A stretch of DNA of 64,000 bases from Auanema rhodensis. Taxonomy: Eukaryota > Animalia > Nematoda. The position numbers and the translations under genes were made by a program. The stretch is from the NCBI GenBank assembly GCA_964057225.1, contig OZ059896.1:14880001-14944000 (forward strand), read 5' to 3'. Positions 38,692-53,102 of this stretch are shown here, in pieces (positions within the stretch are counted from its first letter, which is position 1; the number at the start of each line of letters is the position of its first letter). A model generated the notes under the pieces. The model was not told where the DNA came from and did no database searches. It was given only the letters and a program-made list of their open reading frames with translations.

Positions 38692-41600
38692 CGTCGAGCC
38701 GGATTCGAACCAGCGACCTAAGGATATCTACACTTCTACAGTCCTCCGCTCTACCAACTGAGCTATCGACGGAACGAATCTGTTGTTTTCAGAGGTTATT
38801 GTCAATAACTGCTATAATCAATATTTTAAACGGAAGAAAAAAAAAGAAACTCCGTCGAGCCGGATTCGAACCAGCGACCTAAGGATATCTACGCTTCTAC
38901 AGTCCTCCGCTCTACCAACTGAGCTATCGACGGAACGATTCTGTTGTTTTCCGAAGTGATTGTCAATAACTGCTATAATCAATATTTTAGATGGAAGAAA
39001 AAGAAAAGAAACTCCGTCGCGCCGGATTCGAACCAGCGACCTAAGGATATCTACACTTCTACAGTCCTCCGCTCTACCAACTGAGCTATCGACGGAACGA
39101 TTCTGTTGTTTTCCGAAGTGATTGTCAATAACTACTATAATCTATATTTTAGATGGAAGAAAAAGAAAAGAAACTCCGTCGAGCCGGATTCGAACCAACG
39201 ACCTAAGGATATCTACACTTCTACAGTCCTCCGCTCTACCAACTGAGCTATTGACGGAACGATTCTGTTGTTTTCCGAAGTGATTGTCAATAACTGCTAT
39301 AATCAATATTTTAAACGGAAGAAAAAAAAAAGAAACTCCGTCGAGCCGGATTCGAACCAGCGACCTAAGGATATCTACACTTCTACAGTCCTCCGCTCTA
39401 CCAACTGAGCTATCGACGGAACGATTCTGTTGTTTTCCGAAGTGATTGTCAATAACTGCTATAATCAATATTTTAAACGGAAGAAAAAAAAAAGAAACTC
39501 CGTCGAGCCGGATTCGAACCAGCGACCTAAGGATATCTACACTTCTACAGTCCTCCGCTCTACCAACTGAGCTATCGACGGAAAGAATCTGTTGTTTTCA
39601 GAGGTTATTGTCAATAACTGCTATAATCAATATTTTAGATGGAAGAAAAAGAAAAGAAACTCCGTCGAGCCGGATTCGAATCAACGACCTAAGGATATCT
39701 ACACTTCTACAGTCCTCCGCTCTACCAACTGAGCTATCCACGGAACGAAGCTGTTGTTTTCAGAGGTTATTGTCAATAACTGCTGTAATCAATATTTTAA
39801 ATGGCAGAAAAAAAAAAGAAACTCCGTCGAGCCGGATTCGAACCAGCGACCTAAGGATATCTACACTTCTACAGTCCTCCGCTCTACCAACTGAGCTATC
39901 CACGGAACGAAGCTGTTGTTTTGAGAGGTTATTGTCAATAACTGCTGTAATCAATATTTTAAATGGCAGAAAAAAAAAAAGAAACTCCGTCGAGCCGGAT
40001 TCGAACCAGCGACCTAAGGATATCTACACTTCTACAGTCCTCCGCTCTACCAACTGAGCTATCGACGGAAAGAATCTGTTGTTTTCAGAGGTTATTGTCA
40101 ATAACTGCTATAATCAATATTTTAGATGGAAGAAAAAGAAAAGAAACTCCGTCGAGCCGGATTCGAATCAACGACCTAAGGATATCTACACTTCTACAGT
40201 CCTCCGCTCTACCAACTGAGCTATCCACGGAACGAAGCTGTTGTTTTCAGAGGTTATTGTCAATAACTACTATAATCTATATTTTAAATGGGAGAAAAAG
40301 AAAAGAAACTCCGTCGAGCCGGATTCGAACCAGCGACCTAAAGATATCTACACTTCTACAGTCCTCCGCTCTACCAACTGAGCTATCGACGGAACGAATC
40401 TGTTGTTTTCAGAGGTTATTGTCAATAACTGCTATAATCAATATTTTAAATGGAACAAAAAGAAAAGAAACTCCGTCGAGCCGGATTCGAACCAGCGACC
40501 TAAGGATATCTACACTTCTACAGTCCTCCGCTCTACCAACTGAGCTATCGACGGAACGAATCTGTTGTTTTCCGAAGTGATTGTCAATAACTACTATAAT
40601 CTATATTGAAAATCGAAAAAAGAGAAGAAACTCCGTCGAGCCTAACTTCTACAATCCTCCGCTCTACCAACTGAGTTATCGACGGAACGAATCTGTTCTT
40701 TGCAGAGGTTATTGTCAATAACTGCTATAATCAATATTTTAAATGGGAGAAAAAGAAAAGAAACTCCGTCGAGCCGGATTCGAACCAGCGACCTAAGGAT
40801 ATCTACACTTCTACAGTCCTCCGCTCTACCAACTGAGCTATCGACGGAACGAATCTGTTGTTTTCAGAGGTTATTGTCAATAACTGCTATAATCAATATT
40901 TTAAATGAAAGAAAAAGAAGAGAAACTCCGTCGAGCCGGATTCGAACCAGCGACCTAAGGATATCTACACTTCTACAGTCCTCCGCTCTACCAACTGAGC
41001 TATCGACGGAACGAATCTATTGTTTTCCGAAGTGATTGTCAATAACTACTATAATCAATATTTCAAATGGGAGAAAAAGAAAAGAAACTCCGTCGAGCCG
41101 GATTCGAACCAGCGACCTAAGGATATCTACACTTCTACAGTCCTCCGCTCTACCAACTGAGCTATCGACGGAACGAATCTGTTGTTTTCAGAGGTTATTG
41201 TCAATAACTACTATAATCTATATTGAAAATCGAAAAAAGAAAAGAAACTCCGTCGAGCCTAACTTCTACAATCCTCCGCTCTACCAACTGAGCTATCGAC
41301 GGAACGAAGCTGTTGTTTTCAGAGGTTATTGTCAATAACTGCTATAATCAATATTTTAAATGGGAGAAAAAGAAAAGAAACTCCGTCGAGCCGGATTCGA
41401 ACCAGCGACCTAAGGATATCTACACTTCTACAGTCCTCCGCTCTACCAACTGAGCTATCGACGGAACGAATCTGTTGTTTTCCGAAGTGATTGTCAATAA
41501 CTACTATAATCTATATTGAAAATCGAAAAAAGAAAAGAAACTCCGTCGAGCCTAACTTCTACAATCCTCCGCTCTACCAACTGAGTTATCGACGGAACGA

Positions 41601-44600
41601 ATCTGTTATTTTCAGAGGTTATTGTCAATAACTGCTATAATCAATATTTTAAATGAAAGAAAAAGAAGAGAAACTCCGTCGAGCCGGATTCGAACCAGCG
41701 ACCTAAGGATATCTACACTTCTACAGTCCTCCGCTCTACCAACTGAGCTATCGACGGAACGAATCTATTGTTTTCCGAAGTGATTGTCAATAACTACTAT
41801 AATCAATATTTCAAATGGGAGAAAAAGAAAAGAAACTCCGTCGAGCCGGATTCGAACCAGCGACCTAAGGATATCTACACTTCTACAGTCCTCCGCTCTA
41901 CCAACTGAGCTATCGACGGAACGAATCTGTTGTTTTCAGAGGTTATTGTCAATAACTGCTATAATCAATATTTTAAATGGAAGAAAAAGAAAAGAAACTC
42001 CGTCGAGCCGGATTCGAACCAGCGACCTAAGGATATCTACACTTCTACAGTCCTCCGCTCTACCAACTGAGCTATCCACGGAACGAATCTGTTGTTTTCC
42101 GAAGTGATTGTCAATAACTACTATAATCTATATTGAAAATCGAAAAAAGAAAAGAAACTCCGTCGAGCCTAACTTCTACAATCCTCCGCTCTACCAACTG
42201 AGTTATCGACGGAACGAATCTGTTGTTTTCAGAGGTTATTGTCAATAACTGCTATAATCAATATTTTAAATGGAAGAAAAAGAAAAGAAACTCCGTCCAG
42301 CCGGATTCGAACCAGCGACCTTAGGATATCTACACTTCTACAGTCCTCCGCTCTACCAACTGAGCTATCCACGGAACGAATCTGTTGTTTTCCGAAGTGA
42401 TTGTCAATAACTACTATAATCTATATTGAAAATCGAAAAAAGAAAAGAAACTCCGTCGAGCCTAACTTCTACAATCCTCCGCTCTACCAACTGAGTTATC
42501 GACGGAACGAATCTGTTCTTTTCAGAGGTTATTGTCAATAACTGCTATAATCAATATTTTAAATGGGAGAAAAAGAAAAGAAACTCCGTCCAGCCGGATT
42601 CGAACCAGCGACCTTAGGATATCTACACTTCTACAGTCCTCCGCTCTACCAACTGAGCTATCCACGGAACGAATCTGTTGTTTTCCGAAGTGATTGTCAA
42701 TAACTACTATAATCTATATTGAAAATCGAAAAAAGAAAAGAAACTCCGTCGAGCCTAACTTCTACAATCCTCCGCTCTACCAACTGAGTTATCGACGGAA
42801 CGAATCTGTTGTTTTCAGAGGTTATTGTCAATAACTGCTATAATCAATATTTTAAATGGAAGAAAAAGAAAAGAAACTCCGTCGAGCCGGATTCGAACCA
42901 GCGACCTAAGGATATCTACACTTCTACAGTCCTCCGCTCTACCAACTGAGCTATCGACGGAACGAATCTGTTGTTTTCCGAAGTGATTGTCAATAACTAC
43001 TATAATCTATATTGAAAATCGAAAAAAGAAAAGAAACTCCGTCGAGCCTAACTTCTACAATCCTCCGCTCTACCAACTGAGCTATCGACGGAACGAATCT
43101 GTTGTTTTCCGAAGTGATTGTCAATAACTACTATAATCTATATTGAAAATCGAAAAAAGAAAAGAAACTCCGTCGAGCCTAACTTCTACAATCCTCCGCT
43201 CTACCAACTGAGCTATCGACGGAACGAATCTGTTGTTTTCAGAGGTTATTGTCAATAACTGCTATAATCAATATTTTAAATGGAACAAAAAGAAAAGAAA
43301 CTCCGTCGAGCCGGATTCGAACCAGCGACCTAAGGATATCTACACTTCTACAGTCCTCCGCTCTACCAACTGAGCTATCGACGGAACGAATCTGTTGTTT
43401 TCAGAGGTTATTGTCAATAACTGCTATAATCAATATTTTAAATGGAAGAAAAAGAAAAGAAACTCCGTCGAGCCGGATTCGAACCAGCGACCTAAGGATA
43501 TCTACACTTCTACAGTCCTCCGCTCTACCAACTGAGCTATCCACGGAACGAATCTGTTGTTTTCCGAAGTGATTGTCAATAACTACTATAATCTATATTG
43601 AAAATCGAAAAAAGAAAAGAAACTCCGTCGAGCCTAACTTCTACAATCCTCCGCTCTACCAACTGAGTTATCGACGGAACGAATCTGTTCTTTTCAGAGG
43701 TTATTGTCAATAACTGCTATAATCAATATTTTAAATGGGAGAAAAAGAAAAGAAACTCCGTCCAGCCGGATTCGAACCAGCGACCTAAGGATATCTACAC
43801 TTCTACAGTGCTCCGCTCTACCAACTGAGCTATCGACGGAACGAATCTGTTGTTTTCCGAAGTGATTGTCAATAACTACTATAATCTATATTGAGAATCG
43901 AAAAAAGAAAAGAAACTCCGTCGAGCCTAACTTCTACAATCCTCCGCTCTACCAACTGAGCTATCGACGGAACGAATCTGTTGTTTTCCGAAGTGATTGT
44001 CAATAACTACTATAATCTATATTGAAAATCGAAAAAAGAAAAGAAACTCCGTCGAGCCTAACTTCTACAATCCTCCGCTCTACCAACTGAGCTATCGACG
44101 GAACGAAGCTGTTGTTTTCAGAGGTTATTGTCAATAACTGCTATAATCAATATTTTAAATGGAAGAAAAAGAAAAGAAACTCCGTCGAGCCGGATTCGAA
44201 CCAGCGACCTAAGGATATCTACACTTCTACAGTCCTCCGCTCTACCAACTGAGCTATCGACGGAACGAATCTGTTGTTTTCAGAGGTTATTGTCAATAAC
44301 TGCTATAATCAATATTTTAAATGGAAGAAAAAGAAAAGAAACTCCGTCGAGCCGGATTCGAACCAGCGACCTAAGGATATCTACACTTCTACAGTCCTCC
44401 GCTCTACCAACTGAGCTATCGACGGAACGAATCTGTTGTTTTCCGAAGTGATTGTCAATAACTACTATAATCTATATTGAAAATCGAAAAAAGAGAAGAA
44501 ACTCCGTCGAGCCTAACTTCTACAATCCTCCGCTCTACCAACTGAGTTATCGATGGAACGAATCTGTTATTTTCAGAGGTTATTGTCAATAACTGCTATA

Positions 44601-47600
44601 ATCAATATTTTAAATGGGAGAAAAAGAAAAGAAACTCCGTCGAGCCGGATTCGAACCAGCGACCTACGGATATCTACACTTCTACAGTCCTCCGCTCTAC
44701 CAACTGAGCTATCGACGGAACGAATCTGTTGTTTTCCAAAGTGATTGTCAATAACTACTATAATCTATATTGAAAATCGAAAAAAGAAAAGAAACTCCGT
44801 CGAGCCTAACTTCTACAATCCTCCGCTCTACCAACTGAGCTATCGACGGAACGAATCTGTTGTTTTCCAAAGTGATTGTCAATAACTACTATAATATATA
44901 TTGAAAATCGAAAAAAGAAAAGAAACTCCGTCGAGCCTAACTTCTACAATCCTCCGCTCTACCAACTGAGCTATCGACGGAACGAAGCTGTTGTTTTCAC
45001 AGGTTATTGTCAATAACTGCTATAATCAATATTTTAAATGGAACAAAAAGAAAAGAAACTCCGTCGAGCCGGATTCGAACCAGCGACCTAAGGATATCTA
45101 CACTTCTACAGTCCTCCGCTCTACCAACTGAGCTATCGACGGATCGAATCTGTTGTTTTCAGAGGTTATTGTCAATAACTGCTATAATCAATATTTTAAA
45201 TGGAAGAAAAAGAAAAGAAACTCCGTCGAGCCGGATTCGAACCAGCGACCTAAGGATATCTACACTTCTACAGTCCTCCGCTCTACCAACTGAGCTATCG
45301 ACGGAACGAATCTGTTGTTTTCCGAAGTGATTGTCAATAACTACTATAATCTATATTGAAAATCGAAAAAAGAAAAGAAACTCCGTCGAGCCTAACTTCT
45401 ACAATCCTCCGCTCTACCAACTGAGTTATCGACGGAACGAATCTGTTCTTTTCAGAGGTTATTGTCAATAACTGCTATAATCAATATTTTAAATGGGAGA
45501 AAAAGAAAAGAAACTCCGTCCAGCCGGATTCGAACCAGCGACCTAAGGATATCTACACTTCTACAGTGCTCCGCTCTACCAACTGAGCTATCGACGGAAC
45601 GAATCTGTTGTTTTCAGAGGTTATTGTCAATAACTGCTATAATCAATATTTTAAATGGAAGAAAAAGAAAAGAAACTCCGTCGAGCCGGATTCGAACCAG
45701 CGACCTAAGGATATCTACACTTCTACAGTCCTCCGCTCTACCAACTGAGCTATCGACGGAACGAATCTGTTGTTTTCCGAAGTGATTGTCAATAACTACT
45801 ATAATCTATATTGAAAATCGAAAAAAGAAAAGAAACTCCGTCGAGCCTAACTTCTACAATCCTCCGCTCTACCAACTGAGCTATCGACGGAACGAAGCTG
45901 TTGTTTTCAGAGGTTATTGTCAATAACTGCTATAATCAATATTTTAAATGGAACAAAAAGAAAAGAAACTCCGTCGAGCCGGATTCGAACCAGCGACCTA
46001 AGGATATCTACACTTCTACAGTCCTCCGCTCTACCAACTGAGCTATCGACGAATCGAATCTGTTGTTTTCAGAGGTTATTGTCAATAACTGCTATAATCA
46101 ATATTTTAAATGGAAGAAAAAGAAAAGAAACTCCGTCGAGCCGGATTCGAACCAGCGACCTAAGGATATCTACACTTCTACAGTCCTCCGCTCTACCAAC
46201 TGAGCTATCGACGGAACGAATCTGTTGTTTTCCGAAGTGATTGTCAATAACTACTATAATCTATATTGAAAATCGAAAAAAGAGAAGAAACTCCGTCGAG
46301 CCTAACTTCTACGATCCTCCGCTCTACCAACTGAGTTATCGATGGAACGAATCTGTTATTTTCAGAGGTTATTGTCAATAACTGCTATAATCAATATTTT
46401 AAATGGGAGAAAAAGAAAAGAAACTCCGTCGAGCCGGATTCGAACCAGCGACCTAAGGATATCTACACTTCTACAGTCCTCCGCTCTACCAACTGAGCTA
46501 TCGACGGAACGAATCTGTTGTTTTCCAAAGTGATTGTCAATAACTACTATAATCTATATTGAAAATCGAAAAAAGAAAAGAAACTCCGTCGAGCCTAACT
46601 TCTACAATCCTCCGCTCTACCAACTGAGCTATCGACGGAACGAATCTGTTGTTTTCCAAAGTGATTGTCAATAACTACTATAATCTATATTGAAAATCGA
46701 AAAAAGAAAAGAAACTCCGTCGAGCCTAACTTCTACAATCCTCCGCTCTACCAACTGAGTTATCGATGGAACGAATCTGTTATTTTCAGAGGTTATTGTC
46801 AATAACTGCTATAATCAATATTTTAAATGGGAGAAAAAGAAAAGAAACTCCGTCGAGCCGGATTCGAACCAGCGACCTAAGGATATCTACACTTCTACAG
46901 TCCTCCGCTCTACCAACTGAGCTATCGACGGAACGAAGCTGTTGTTTTCACAGGTTATTGTCAATAACTGCTATAATCAATATTTTAAATGGAACAAAAA
47001 GAAAAGAAACTCCGTCGAGCCGGATTCGAACCAGCGACCTAAGGATATCTACACTTCTACAGTCCTCCGCTCTACCAACTGAGCTATCGACGGATCGAAT
47101 CTGTTGTTTTCAGAGGTTATTGTCAATAACTGCTATAATCAATATTTTAAATGGAAGAAAAAGAAAAGAAACTCCGTCGAGCCGGATTCGAACCAGCGAC
47201 CTAAGGATATCTACACTTCTACAGTCCTCCGCTCTACCAACTGAGCTATCGACGGAACGAATCTGTTGTTTTCCGAAGTGATTGTCAATAACTACTATAA
47301 TCTATATTGAAAATCGAAAAAAGAAAAGAAACTCCGTCGAGCCTAACTTCTACAATCCTCCGCTCTACCAACTGAGTTATCGACGGAACGAATCTGTTCT
47401 TTTCAGAGGTTATTGTCAATAACTGCTATAATCAATATTTTAAATGGGAGAAAAAGAAAAGAAACTCCGTCCAGCCGGATTCGAACCAGCGACCTAAGGA
47501 TATCTACACTTCTACAGTGCTCCGCTCTACCAACTGAGCTATCGACGGAACGAATCTGTTGTTTTCAGAGGTTATTGTCAATAACTGCTATAATCAATAT

Positions 47601-50367
47601 TTTAAATGGAAGAAAAAGAAAAGAAACTCCGTCGAGCCGGATTCGAACCAGCGACCTAAGGATATCTACACTTCTACAGTCCTCCGCTCTACCAACTGAG
47701 CTATCGACGGAACGAATCTGTTGTTTTCCGAAGTGATTGTCAATAACTACTATAATCTATATTGAAAATCGAAAAAAGAAAAGAAACTCCGTCGAGCCTA
47801 ACTTCTACAATCCTCCGCTCTACCAACTGAGCTATCGACGGAACGAATCTGTTGTTTTCCGAAGTGATTGTCAATAACTACTATAATCTATATTGAAAAT
47901 CGAAAAAAGAAAAGAAACTCCGTCGAGCCTAACTTCTACAATCCTCCGCTCTACCAACTGAGCTATCGACGGAACGAAGCTGTTGTTTTCAGAGGTTATT
48001 GTCAATAACTGCTATAATCAATATTTTAAATGGAACAAAAAGAAAAGAAACTCCGTCGAGCCGGATTCGAACCAGCGACCTAAGGATATCTACACTTCTA
48101 CAGTCCTCCGCTCTACCAACTGAGCTATCGACGAATCGAATCTGTTGTTTTCAGAGGTTATTGTCAATAACTGCTATAATCAATATTTTAAATGGAAGAA
48201 AAAGAAAAGAAACTCCGTCGAGCCGGATTCGAACCAGCGACCTAAGGATATCTACACTTCTACAGTCCTCCGCTCTACCAACTGAGCTATCGACGGAACG
48301 AATCTGTTGTTTTCCGAAGTGATTGTCAATAACTACTATAATCTATATTGAAAATCGAAAAAAGAGAAGAAACTCCGTCGAGCCTAACTTCTACGATCCT
48401 CCGCTCTACCAACTGAGTTATCGATGGAACGAATCTGTTATTTTCAGAGGTTATTGTCAATAACTGCTATAATCAATATTTTAAATGGGAGAAAAAGAAA
48501 AGAAACTCCGTCGAGCCGGATTCGAACCAGCGACCTAAGGATATCTACACTTCTACAGTCCTCCGCTCTACCAACTGAGCTATCGACGGAACGAATCTGT
48601 TGTTTTCCAAAGTGATTGTCAATAACTACTATAATCTATATTGAAAATCGAAAAAAGAAAAGAAACTCCGTCGAGCCTAACTTCTACAATCCTCCGCTCT
48701 ACCAACTGAGCTATCGACGGAACGAATCTGTTGTTTTCCAAAGTGATTGTCAATAACTACTATAATCTATATTGAAAATCGAAAAAAGAAAAGAAACTCC
48801 GTCGAGCCTAACTTCTACAATCCTCCGCTCTACCAACTGAGCTATCGACGGAACGAAGCTGTTGTTTTCACAGGTTATTGTCAATAACTGCTATAATCAA
48901 TATTTTAAATGGAACAAAAAGAAAAGAAACTCCGTCGAGCCGGATTCGAACCAGCGACCTAAGGATATCTACACTTCTACAGTCCTCCGCTCTACCAACT
49001 GAGCTATCGACGGATCGAATCTGTTGTTTTCAGAGGTTATTGTCAATAACTGCTATAATCAATATTTTAAATGGAAGAAAAAGAAAAGAAACTCCGTCGA
49101 GCCGGATTCGAACCAGCGACCTAAGGATATCTACACTTCTACAGTCCTCCGCTCTACCAACTGAGCTATCGACGGAACGAATCTGTTGTTTTCCGAAGTG
49201 ATTGTCAATAACTACTATAATCTATATTGAAAATCGAAAAAAGAAAAGAAACTCCGTCGAGCCTAACTTCTACAATCCTCCGCTCTACCAACTGAGCTAT
49301 CGACGGAACGAATCTGTTGTTTTCCGAAGTGATTGTCAATAACTACTATAATCTATATTGAAAATCGAAAAAAGAAAAGAAACTCCGTCGAGCCTAACTT
49401 CTACAATCCTCCGCTCTACCAACTGAGCTATCGACGGAACGAAGCTGTTGTTTTCAGAGGTTATTGTCAATAACTGCTATAATCAATATTTTAAATGGAA
49501 CAAAAAGAAAAGAAACTCCGTCGAGCCGGATTCGAACCAGCGACCTAAGGATATCTACACTTCTACAGTCCTCCGCTCTACCAACTGAGCTATCGACGGA
49601 TCGAATCTGTTGTTTTCAGAGGTTATTGTCAATAACTGCTATAATCAATATTTTAAATGGAAGAAAAAGAAAAGAAACTCCGTCGAGCCGGATTCGAACC
49701 AGCGACCTAAGGATATCTACACTTCTACAGTCCTCCGCTCTACCAACTGAGCTATCGACGGAACGAATCTGTTGTTTTCAGAGGTTATTGTCAATAACTG
49801 CTATAATCAATATTTTAAATGGAAGAAAAAGAAAAGAAACTCCGTCGAGCCGGATTCGAACCAGCGACCTAAGGATATCTACACTTCTACAGTCCTCCGC
49901 TCTACCAACTGAGCTATCGACGGAACGAATCTGTTGTTTTCCGAAGTGATTGTCAATAACTACTATAATCTATATTGAAAATCGAAAAAAGAGAAGAAAC
50001 TCCGTCGAGCCTAACTTCTACAATCCTCCGCTCTACCAACTGAGTTATCGACGGAACGAATCTGTTATTTTCAGAGGTTATTGTCAATAACTGCTACAAT
50101 CAATATTTTAAATGGGAGAAAAAGAAAAGAAACTCCGTCGAGCCGGATTCGAACCAACGACCTAAGGATATCTACACTTCTACAGTCCTCCGCTCTACCA
50201 ACTGAGCTATCGACGGAACGAATCTGTTGTTTTCAGAGGTTATTGTCAATAACTGCTATAATCAATATTTTAAATGGAAGAAAAAGAAAAGAAACTCCGT
50301 CGAGCCGGATTCGAACCAGCGACCTAAGGATATCTACACTTCTACAGTCCTCCGCTCTACCAACTGA
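38692..50367 (-). tRNA. tRNA-Tyr-GTA: Block 1: many further tRNA-Tyr(GTA) copies interleaved with deleted units
   Basis: The same 83-nt gene recurs every 159-163 bp. A minority carry acceptor-stem, anticodon-stem or T-stem substitutions. Confidence 0.93.
40632..40685 (-). pseudogene. 54-nt internally deleted tRNA-Tyr unit (no B box or T arm), first of many copies
   Basis: CCGTCGATA(G/A)CTCAGTTGGTAGAGCGGAGGATTGTAGAAGTTAGGCTCGACGGA. The unit period is 131 bp (for example 43038 to 43169). Confidence 0.93.
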
Positions 50368-50539
50368 GCTATCGACGGAACGAATCTGTTGTTTTCCAAA
50401 GTGATTGTCAATAACTACTATAATCTATATTGAAAATCGAAAAAAGAAAAGAAACTCCGTCGAGCCTAACTTCTACAATCCTCCGCTCTACCAACTGAGT
50501 TATCGACGGAACGAATCTGTTCTTTTCAGAGGTTATTGT

Positions 50540-50952
50540 TGTTCCATACGTGTCCTATAAGTAGAGCGATTGACAACGTCAATCGCTTATAAAACGGAAC
50601 ATTATAAAAACAAATAGCTGACGCTACATTTGAGAAACAGGAATTCAATGCAACAATGAACGAACACTTTTTCATATTAAGTTTAATTAAAGAAAGCCCA
50701 ATTCAAGCGGAACCAAGTTCCGCGGACCTGATATAACCACTTTTTATGCTCGTAAGGAATACTATATAAGGTTTCCTTACGAGTCCTTTGGGCTGCGACT
50801 AGGAATCATTATGTAACTTTCATTATTGTAATTTGTATACTTTATCATGAATAAACCTTTCTCACTATACTCTTTATCATTTATATTTGGAAGAAAAGAA
50901 AGTAATTCCATGTGGTTACCCAGCCGGAACCCTGGGGAACCACCATGGAACG
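50540..50952 (+). repeat. 5' LTR of element A
   Basis: TATA-like TATATAAG at ~50763, AATAAA at 50850-50855, and a U5 stem-loop at 50906-50950. Confidence 0.93.
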
Positions 50953-50970
50953 TGGAGGTTCCGCCGAGAT
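50953..50970 (+). promoter_or_regulatory. Primer-binding site complementary to the tRNA-Gln 3' end
   Basis: TGGAGGTTCCGCCGAGAT is the reverse complement of the metazoan tRNA-Gln end ATCTCGGTGGAACCT-CCA with one G:U pair. Confidence 0.88.
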
Positions 50971-52365
50971 TCGTCTATAACCGACGAATCTCTAAGAACC
51001 ATATTTCGCTACATAAATTTAATTTTGTTGTCTTTCATACATCTAATTAAAGAATTATATTTCGATTATGCTATATGAATTCAATTTGAAATCTTTCTCT
51101 TCTTTATTTCATTCATTCAAAGAACTTTATTTTGATTTTGATTCATAAATTAATACTGAAATCTTATATACATTTATTTAAAAAGATATATTTTGAAACA
51201 ACTTAATTTTGAAATTTTATATTCATTCATTTAAAAGAAACATTTCGATTTTTATCCATATTCTAAGATCTTTCATTCATTTTTGAGGAAAAACTTCGTT
51301 TATAACTATCATAAATTAATTTGAAATTCTTTTATATTTATTCATTTAAAGAAAGGTATTTCGATATTTTTTTTTTTCTGTCAATCTTTTCTTTTTCTTT
51401 TTTTTAATCAAAATCTATTCTATCTCTCATAAATTCTTGTTATAAAGTTTGAAACAATTTTTGAATCAAAAATGAATTAATTTCTTTCATGAATCATCAC
51501 AAAATTCATTGTTTTATATATATTAAAATTCATTAATTTCTATTCTATCCTTTAAAATGTATTACTCATTTATATATATATATTTATGTACAAAACTATT
51601 CTATACTAGTACTATATTCCTACTATATTCCTACTATATTCCTATTTTATTTTTCTTTTATCTTCTTTTAAATTTCATCTTTTTCCCTCTCTTATTACTA
51701 TTATTTTTTCTCTTCTTCCTAATATAACCCAGAAAACAGTCAAATAATTTTGAAATTTTTTTTATCTGAATCCCGAAACTAAGATTTATAATTTTGCATT
51801 TTGATCCTAAAAGTAGCCCGTGAGAAGCAATACCAGACTGTCTCGAGAACTGAGCGGAGGCAACCACTATTTTTGATATAAGACGTACGCATTCCTGATT
51901 TTGAAGATCCCTTTTTTGGTCCTATTTTTGCAAATTTGAAAATTACGACAGAATTAGTCGAGAATGAAAGTGTTAGAGTGGTCTCACCATGAAAATCAGG
52001 GGAGCAGAATTTCGTTAAGGGAGCGATTTCTGTGATTTTTCATAGGCAAGAGAAGTCTGGGAAAGTGAATGTACGAGGCGTGAGCACCTAATCTTGTCGA
52101 AAGACTGAAAGGGAATACTGCTTAGATCACCGTCGTATATTTCACGCCTATTCGAGAGATGGGAACTTGATCCTAGAAAGGGCGCACCGGTCACAGGCCC
52201 GTGTATGTACCCGATTGAGCAATTCTCCGTTAGAAGATTCGCTGCAGGCTGGCCCCCTAGCAAGCGTCACGCATACAACCCCATTTTGCCTCTCACGTTG
52301 TATATATATTTTTATAAGATTCGCATCGTTGGTATAATAATTTCCTTTCCAGGAAAACCAACAAG

Positions 52366-53102
52366 ATGACGGACTCGAAGAGTAAAAATCCTCCGCAGGA
52401 TAAAACAAATCCACAGAGCGCAGCCCCCGGTAATGATACGCACGTCGAGCCAGTACTCGAGCGGAATCAAAGAAAAAGAGGACCTCCAAATGTTTATGAG
52501 CCGGACACGAAGCGCCGACCTACTGCTGCAAAGAAACCACCCGCTATACCGGGTACCCCCGCGAAGAAAATAGGCACAACAGCTATTAAAACTTCTCGCC
52601 ACGCTATTACTCTAAGTAAAATTAAAGCGTCTGTTAACAAACAAACTCCTAAACGCAATTCTAACGTTATCAAAAGCTCTAGCTATGTTAGCACAAATAC
52701 TTCCCCTTGTAAAGATTATTCTCAAATATCATTTTCATACCCAAATACTGCTATTCTTTCTTCTCCTCTTCCTCGAAATTCACCAAACTATCAGAGAAAA
52801 TAGAAGAAAACGCAAGAAAAGAATTATATGAGGAACGGAAGAAGGAGCCACCCACAATTAAGAAATGGAGTTCAGCACTTAAATTGGCATTGGGATTAGA
52901 AGATAATTCCCCTACAACGCCAGCAAAACCTTATCATGTGCCGATAAGGTATCACAGCACCATACCAGTAACAGAGCCGAAGAAGAGAGTTTCGAAGAGT
53001 CAGATCCCGGACCCAAACTTCGTGGCACCAACAGTACCAGTCATCCATAAGAAAAGACCGTCAACAGTTATTGGGACTACAAGTAAGAAGCTAGAACAAT
53101 AG
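52366..53102 (+). CDS. Element A cargo ORF1: basic, Pro/Lys/Thr-rich unknown protein, probably two exons (52366-52615, 52795-53102)
   Basis: TTTCCAG acceptor 14 nt before the ATG. A phase-1 GTAAAA...TATCAG intron (52616-52794) joins ORF 52366 in frame to KIEENARKELYEERKKEPPTIKKWSSALKLALG...KLEQ*. The sequence is GC-richer than its flanks. Confidence 0.5.

Noticed and set aside
42291-42670. Units with two acceptor-stem changes, checked for compensatory pairing
   Set aside because: C5G and C67G give G:G mismatches and are not compensatory, so these are simply damaged copies.
50847-51078. Short ORFs overlapping the LTRs (also 54183-54818, 57576-57988, 60668-61308)
   Set aside because: They cross LTR/array or LTR/interior boundaries and have no coding features, so they are incidental.
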